Shown here: positions 51,670 to 56,423 of the stretch, piece after piece
Numbering within the stretch: position 1 is the first letter of the stretch
How the letters are laid out: each line of letters opens with the position of its first letter
From: Geobacter sp.
Lineage (GTDB): Bacteria > Desulfobacterota > Desulfuromonadia > Geobacterales > Pseudopelobacteraceae
NCBI GenBank assembly: GCA_003151775.1
Contig: PLYK01000050.1
Span: 5,580-62,002 of the forward strand
Reading direction: 5' to 3'
Length of the DNA: 56,423 nt
Made by a program: the position numbers and the translations under genes
The notes under the pieces: generated by a model
What the model saw: only the letters and a program-made list of their open reading frames with translations
Databases searched by the model: none
What the model was told of the DNA's origin: nothing

Positions 51670-53523
51670 ATGCAGTTTGTTTTCTGTCGTTTGTTGCCGT
51701 TTCTGATGCTGCTGATAGCCTGGGCCAGTCCGTCACCGGCCGAGCAGGGAATGGCGATCGACCCGGCCACCTGCCTGGGCTGCCACGGCGACAAGATCTC
51801 CGTGCGGGCGTTTGCCGAGTCGGTCCATGGCAAAAATGGCTGCACCAGTTGCCATGTGGACATCACCGATCTCGCCAAGCACATGAAAGGGGAGATCAAG
51901 GTCCAGAAGGTCCAGTGCGAGCGCTGCCATAAAAAGCAGAACGCCGAACATTATGCCAGCGTCCACATTACCAAGGGCGTCATGTGCGCCGACTGCCACA
52001 CCGATATTCATGTCCACGAATACTGGAAAGGCGACAAACGCATCGTCGTTGCCAAATGCATCCAGTGCCACGACAAGGAGTCGGTCTACCAGAAGTCGGT
52101 CCACGGCAAGGCGGTGGCTGCCGGCAACAAAGACTCGGCCGCCTGCAATGACTGCCATGGCCTGCACGAGATAAAACCTTTGGGTGACCCCAAGAGCCAT
52201 GCCAACAGGGAGTTTCACACCAAGGTCTGCCTGAAATGCCACAGCGATGAAGCGATGATGAAGCGCAACAACGTCTTCAACGTTGCCGTCAAGACCTACA
52301 TGGAGAGCTACCACGGCAAGAACTACCGCCTCGGTTTCCCTGAAAGGGTCGCAGGCTGCGCCGACTGCCATACGGCCCACTCGGTGCTCCCCAAAGACGA
52401 TCCCGACTCAAGCGTCAATCCGGCCAACCTGGTAAACACATGCGCCAAGTGCCACGCCAAGGCGACCGTGCTCTTCACCAAGTATTACGCCCATGGCGAG
52501 CATAGCGACCGGGAGAAGTATCCGATCCTGTACTACACCTTCCTCGCCATGACCGGCCTGCTTCTCAGCACCTTTAGCGTCTTCTGGATACACACCCTGC
52601 TCTGGATGTTCCGCGGCTTCGTGGAAAACAGGGAAAAGGCAGACAAACTGGCCAGCGGCGAATATCACCATGTTGTGCCGGAAGCCCACAAACAGTACCG
52701 CCGTTTCAACCGCATCCACATCTTCATGCACATCCTGGTTATCACCAGCTTCCTGGGGCTTTCCCTGACCGGCCTGCCGCTCAAATTCAGCACCCAGCAC
52801 TGGGCGATTACCCTGATGAATCTGTACGGCGGTTCGGCCAACGCCGGCTTCATTCACCGGATCTGCGCCGGCATCACCTTCGTCTATTTCGCCATGGCGC
52901 TGGTCATGAGCATCAACTTTCTCTTCATCAGGAAGGACATCCCGGGGAATCCGATCCAGCGCCTGTTCGGCCCTGATTCCCTCTGTTTCAACCTGCGGGA
53001 TATTATGGACATTACCCTCATGGTCAGGTGGTTCTTCTTCCGGGGGCCGAAACCCACCTTCGAGCGGTGGACCTACTGGGAAAAATTCGACTTTGTCGCC
53101 GTCTTCTGGGGTATGTTCGCCATCGGCGGCTCAGGCCTTATGCTCTGGTTCCCGGAGTTATTCGGCCAGTTCCTGCCCGGCTGGGCGTTCAACGTAGCGA
53201 CCATCGTCCACTCGGACGAGGCCCTTCTGGCAACCGGCTTCATCTTCTCGGTCCACTTCTTCAACACCCACGGGCGTCCGGAGAAGTTCCCCATGGACTT
53301 CGTCATCTTCAATGGCCAGATTGGCAAGGAAGAGATGCTTGAAGAACGTGGCGATCAGTGGAAACGCTATGAGGATCTGGGTATTACCGAGCAGTACGCC
53401 TGCAAGAAGACCAGCGGCGTGGCCTATGACTTCCTGGTCAAGGGATTCGGTTTCACCGCCCTCTTCACCGGCATTACATTGCTTTTGCTCATGATCCTCG
53501 CTTTTTTGAACGGTGCGCAATAG
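51670..53523 (+). CDS. cbcL: Inner-membrane multiheme cytochrome c fused to cytochrome b (CbcL-type)
   Basis: Nine CxxCH motifs counted, followed by a b-type TM domain (RFNRIHIFMH, LTGLPLKF, YWEKFDF, HSDEALLA). Confidence 0.85.
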   Translation: MQFVFCRLLPFLMLLIAWASPSPAEQGMAIDPATCLGCHGDKISVRAFAESVHGKNGCTSCHVDITDLAKHMKGEIKVQKVQCERCHKKQNAEHYASVHITKGVMCADCHTDIHVHEYWKGDKRIVVAKCIQCHDKESVYQKSVHGKAVAAGNKDSAACNDCHGLHEIKPLGDPKSHANREFHTKVCLKCHSDEAMMKRNNVFNVAVKTYMESYHGKNYRLGFPERVAGCADCHTAHSVLPKDDPDSSVNPANLVNTCAKCHAKATVLFTKYYAHGEHSDREKYPILYYTFLAMTGLLLSTFSVFWIHTLLWMFRGFVENREKADKLASGEYHHVVPEAHKQYRRFNRIHIFMHILVITSFLGLSLTGLPLKFSTQHWAITLMNLYGGSANAGFIHRICAGITFVYFAMALVMSINFLFIRKDIPGNPIQRLFGPDSLCFNLRDIMDITLMVRWFFFRGPKPTFERWTYWEKFDFVAVFWGMFAIGGSGLMLWFPELFGQFLPGWAFNVATIVHSDEALLATGFIFSVHFFNTHGRPEKFPMDFVIFNGQIGKEEMLEERGDQWKRYEDLGITEQYACKKTSGVAYDFLVKGFGFTALFTGITLLLLMILAFLNGAQ

Positions 53524-53618
53524 TAACCAACACCTTTCATCACACGGGGGGCGCGTTGCGCCCCCCGGATAAAAAAAACCGCCTGTAAAGTCTAGCCGGT
53601 TACTTTGAGAATCTGTTG

Positions 53619-53668
53619 AAATAACGAAATCCCCATCAGCCTCATAGCTGATGGGGATTTTGTTATTT
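53619..53668. terminator. Long stem-loop after cbcL, probable terminator
   Basis: AAATAACGAAATCCCCATCAGC-ctcata-GCTGATGGGGATTTTGTTATTT. Confidence 0.65.
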
Positions 53669-53844
53669 CTGGATATTTACTGGGCTAACTGGGGCTGAGG
53701 GGTGGTTAGTTGACATTTCGAACTCATGACACGTGCCGCGGAAAAAGTTTTCGCCACCATTCTCATAGCGCAAAGTTCTGGCTTTATATTTTCGTAAGGT
53801 GTATGGTAACGAAACTTTTTTACTAGGAGTGGAACCTGGCGAAA

Positions 53845-54993
53845 ATGACCGGTCATTATGTGACGACAGCCACGGCGGGAGAGCAGTTCAAGGCCTTCGT
53901 CCCTGATCCGTTACCGGCTCAATCCGCGCTGGACCTGAAAGCTCGTCACTTCGAGCTGATGGAGAAGGCGAACTGGGCGCTGGGCCGCCTGGATGGGGTT
54001 GCCGCCCTGTTACCCGACACATCTCTCTTTCTGTACTTCTACGTCCGCAAGGAAGCCCTCCTATCTTCCCAGATCGAAGGCTCCCAGTCGTCACTATCCG
54101 ACCTGCTGCTGTTCGAAAGCAATGAAGCCCCCGGCGTACCGCTGGATGATGTTGTGGAAGTCTCCAACTATGTTGCCGCCATGAACCACGGCCTGAAGCG
54201 CCTTCAAGAGGGTTTTCCTATATCGTTACGCCTGATCAAGGAAATCCATGAAGTGCTTCTCTCCAAAGGGAGAGGGAGTACAAAGGACCCAGGTGAATTC
54301 CGCCGCAGCCAGAACTGGATAGGTGGCACCCGCCCAGGCAATGCCCGATTCGTGCCGCCGCCACCGGAGCAGGTCATCACCTGCATGGGCGACCTGGAAA
54401 AGTACCTTCATGCCGAGCATACGCCGGTTCTCATCAAGGCGGCTTTGGCCCACGTCCAGTTCGAGACAATCCACCCATTCCTGGACGGTAACGGCAGGCT
54501 GGGCCGACTCTTGATCACCCTGCTGCTCTGCGCTCAAGGTGCGCTCACCCAGCCCATGCTTTACCTGAGTTTGTTTTTCAAGGTGAATCGGTCGGAGTAT
54601 TACGAACTCCTGCAGAAGGTACGGGTAAATGGAGTCTGGGAGAAATGGCTGTTATTCTTCCTGGAAGGAGTGCTGGAAACCGCACAACAGGCTGTCACCA
54701 CGGCACAAGCCATACTCCAGGTATTCGAGCATGATCGGCAACGAATCGAGCAACTGGGCCGCCCGGCAGGGTCGGCACTGAGACTGCATCAGTACCTACA
54801 ACGGAAACCGTTAATTACCATCCAGAAGGCAGCGGACGAAACCGCCATGACCCGCCCAACCGTGGCAGCTTCGGTAAAACATTTGACCAAATTGGGGATT
54901 GTCCGGGAACTGACCGGCAAAGAGCGGCACCGGCTGTTTGTCTATGACGAGTACCTGAAGATATTGAACGAGGGAACGGAACCGCTTAGGTAA
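53845..54993 (+). CDS. Fic-family AMPylase (Fic_N + Fic + C-terminal HTH)
   Basis: HPFLDGNGRLGR catalytic motif; SSQIEG inhibitory helix. Confidence 0.9.
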   Translation: MTGHYVTTATAGEQFKAFVPDPLPAQSALDLKARHFELMEKANWALGRLDGVAALLPDTSLFLYFYVRKEALLSSQIEGSQSSLSDLLLFESNEAPGVPLDDVVEVSNYVAAMNHGLKRLQEGFPISLRLIKEIHEVLLSKGRGSTKDPGEFRRSQNWIGGTRPGNARFVPPPPEQVITCMGDLEKYLHAEHTPVLIKAALAHVQFETIHPFLDGNGRLGRLLITLLLCAQGALTQPMLYLSLFFKVNRSEYYELLQKVRVNGVWEKWLLFFLEGVLETAQQAVTTAQAILQVFEHDRQRIEQLGRPAGSALRLHQYLQRKPLITIQKAADETAMTRPTVAASVKHLTKLGIVRELTGKERHRLFVYDEYLKILNEGTEPLR

Positions 54994-55379
54994 CCAGCTA
55001 ATAATCTATGATGTTCAACAATAGACTGCGCCGGGGAAGTGTATGCGTGGTTTACGTGCCACGGAGAGAGTATAGTCGATAATATTTAAATGTCAGACCC
55101 TAAAGGCGTGCCTTCTATAGCAGGTTGTCGGGTAATAATCATAACACTTATTTTATACTCCATTAATACTCTAACTCATAGCAAGTATTAGCCATATATG
55201 CGAGCATATTGGAGAGCGATCCATTCCGGAGGCTGGCCACGTGATCCAGCTTAGCAAAATGCTGCAAAATCTACTTTTACCAAATGATATCATACTTTAG
55301 CGCGACCGGCGCCGGTTTATTGCGCAGTTGTCTACGCGAGACTTGGAACATCCCTTTGCTTGTAAATGTGGAACAGCAA

Positions 55380-56423
55380 GGGGACGTTGTTAAGTTGTCA
55401 AGTAACTGTCTATATTCTTTTTCAACATCGGATATTTCATCAACATCACTTCACCTCGTGCGGCTGACAAACAGATTCCGGCGCGGCTTTGACCAAGAAA
55501 CTCAGCTAGTTCAACACCACTGTAGCCATTTTCTCGAACTGCAATGTAACATAAAACACTACGGGCCGTACTTACGTTTTTCGTCCGGATGCGTTGTGCA
55601 AGCAGATCCGGGGAAAGTTCAAACATGAGGGCAACATGGACGGCCAGATCCGCAAGGGTGATCGGTATTGCCGGTTTCTTCCCCTCTGCCTCCAGTAATA
55701 GGCTCTCAACGAAATCACCGCTGCCAAGCACCCTGGCATCATATGCCTCTACCCGGCCTGCCGGATTTACATTACGCTTCATACCACCACCAACAAGTTC
55801 ATTCCGCCGCCCTTGGGATATCCCCTCTGCAACGAACTGCCTGTATGCCGGACGTGCCTTGTTTATGCGCTTACCAAAACGGGTCAGGACTTCTACCGTG
55901 TTCTGGCCGGACAACACCTTGTTGCCCAGCACCACCGCATGTCCACACCAAGGGTAAAAATCAAGCTCGTCCATACTTTTTACAATTCCTGCTCGAAGCG
56001 GATTGAGGTGGATATAGCGGACGAGTTCCAGCAGGTAGAGTTCATCCTCGCAGACGATGGATTTATAGCGGTTTTGGAATAGGTGCCCGGAGCGTTTGTG
56101 GCGCAAGTTGAATGTTACGGCGTAGCCGGTGAGCAGGCGTCGCATAAATGTGGCGAGTTTGATCTGCTGTGGCCTCAAAAGTATGTGGAGGTGATTGTCC
56201 AGAAAGGCCCAGGCAAGGCAATCTGTACGGGTTTCTCCTAGAAGAGTGGAAAGGCGGGTTGCAAATGAAAGGCGATCTTCGTCATCAAGAAAGATGGGGC
56301 ATTTTTCTATGCCCCTGACGATAACATGGTGCAAGATACCGGGTATGTCGATTCTGGCGGCTCGTGGCATGGTGTGAATTTAGCAGAGCATGGCGAGTTA
56401 GTCAACAACTTAACAACGTCCCC
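55380..56423 (-). mobile_element. 1044-bp unit bounded by 28-bp terminal inverted repeats, carrying an HUH Y1 transposase
   Basis: GGGGACGTTGTTAAGTTGTCAAGTAACT vs reverse complement of 56396-56423, GGGGACGTTGTTAAGTTGTTGACTAACT (25/28, first 19 perfect). Confidence 0.75.
55390..56370 (-). CDS. RAYT-like HUH (Y1) transposase with a C-terminal helical domain
   Basis: HHVIVRG, NHLHIL (HUH), GHLFQNRYKS, YIHLNP.RAG; C-terminal AR..LCY...G.S..ELA HTH-like region. Confidence 0.88.
   Translation of the reverse strand: MPRAARIDIPGILHHVIVRGIEKCPIFLDDEDRLSFATRLSTLLGETRTDCLAWAFLDNHLHILLRPQQIKLATFMRRLLTGYAVTFNLRHKRSGHLFQNRYKSIVCEDELYLLELVRYIHLNPLRAGIVKSMDELDFYPWCGHAVVLGNKVLSGQNTVEVLTRFGKRINKARPAYRQFVAEGISQGRRNELVGGGMKRNVNPAGRVEAYDARVLGSGDFVESLLLEAEGKKPAIPITLADLAVHVALMFELSPDLLAQRIRTKNVSTARSVLCYIAVRENGYSGVELAEFLGQSRAGICLSAARGEVMLMKYPMLKKNIDSYLTT

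Noticed and set aside
55030-55101. Possible tail of a second RAYT-type element (ends AATGTCAGACCC)
   Set aside because: Too short and weak to support without a search
55181-55194. Sigma54-like motif on the minus strand
   Set aside because: GG-GC spacing is 9 rather than 10, and there is no downstream gene
35401-56370. Assigning the GTAG REP doublets to the RAYT-like gene at 55390
   Set aside because: That gene is flanked by unrelated IRs, not these REPs; the cognate enzyme may lie elsewhere

Overview
A 56.4-kb chromosomal segment, very likely from a Geobacteraceae/Desulfuromonadales (Desulfobacterota) bacterium, judged from the fused nifEN-nifX-fdxB-nifY-like-draT cluster, the 9-heme CbcL-type cytochrome and the gene order. 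The core blocks are: the typA 3' end; the nif cofactor cluster with a sigma54 promoter and an ANTAR-type terminator leader; tolQRAB and pal, separated by a ~7-kb insert; smc-roadblock-ftsY-zapB-zapA-6S RNA-ygfA-rny-ymdB; uup; MCP-cheW-dnaB-degenerate MshE/PilB-pilT; UDG, coaBC, ferredoxin/rubredoxin, a class V aminotransferase and cbcL. The accessory patches are: 250-3480 (response regulator, CheY remnant, PAS-GGDEF-EAL-REC gene, IS4 remnant); 10330-15850 (SatP, IclR plus an IclR pseudogene, MarR, OmpA, IS630 remnant); 29570-33480 (DUF1778-GNAT toxin-antitoxin pair, PilZ protein, lipoprotein, decayed toxin-antitoxin pair); and 53800-56423 (Fic, and an HUH/RAYT transposase gene bounded by 28-bp terminal inverted repeats). 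Small intergenic elements are abundant: two MITE-like elements with different TIRs sharing one C/G-palindrome core, an ERIC-like 126-bp element with a collapsed copy, GTAG REP doublets and a heptamer repeat. I saw no CRISPR array, rRNA or tRNA. All calls are by eye and no searches were run. I cannot claim a clearly new system; the best leads are the TIR-bounded RAYT unit, the composite MITEs, and the pseudo-ATPase MshE/PilT/DifA-like operon.
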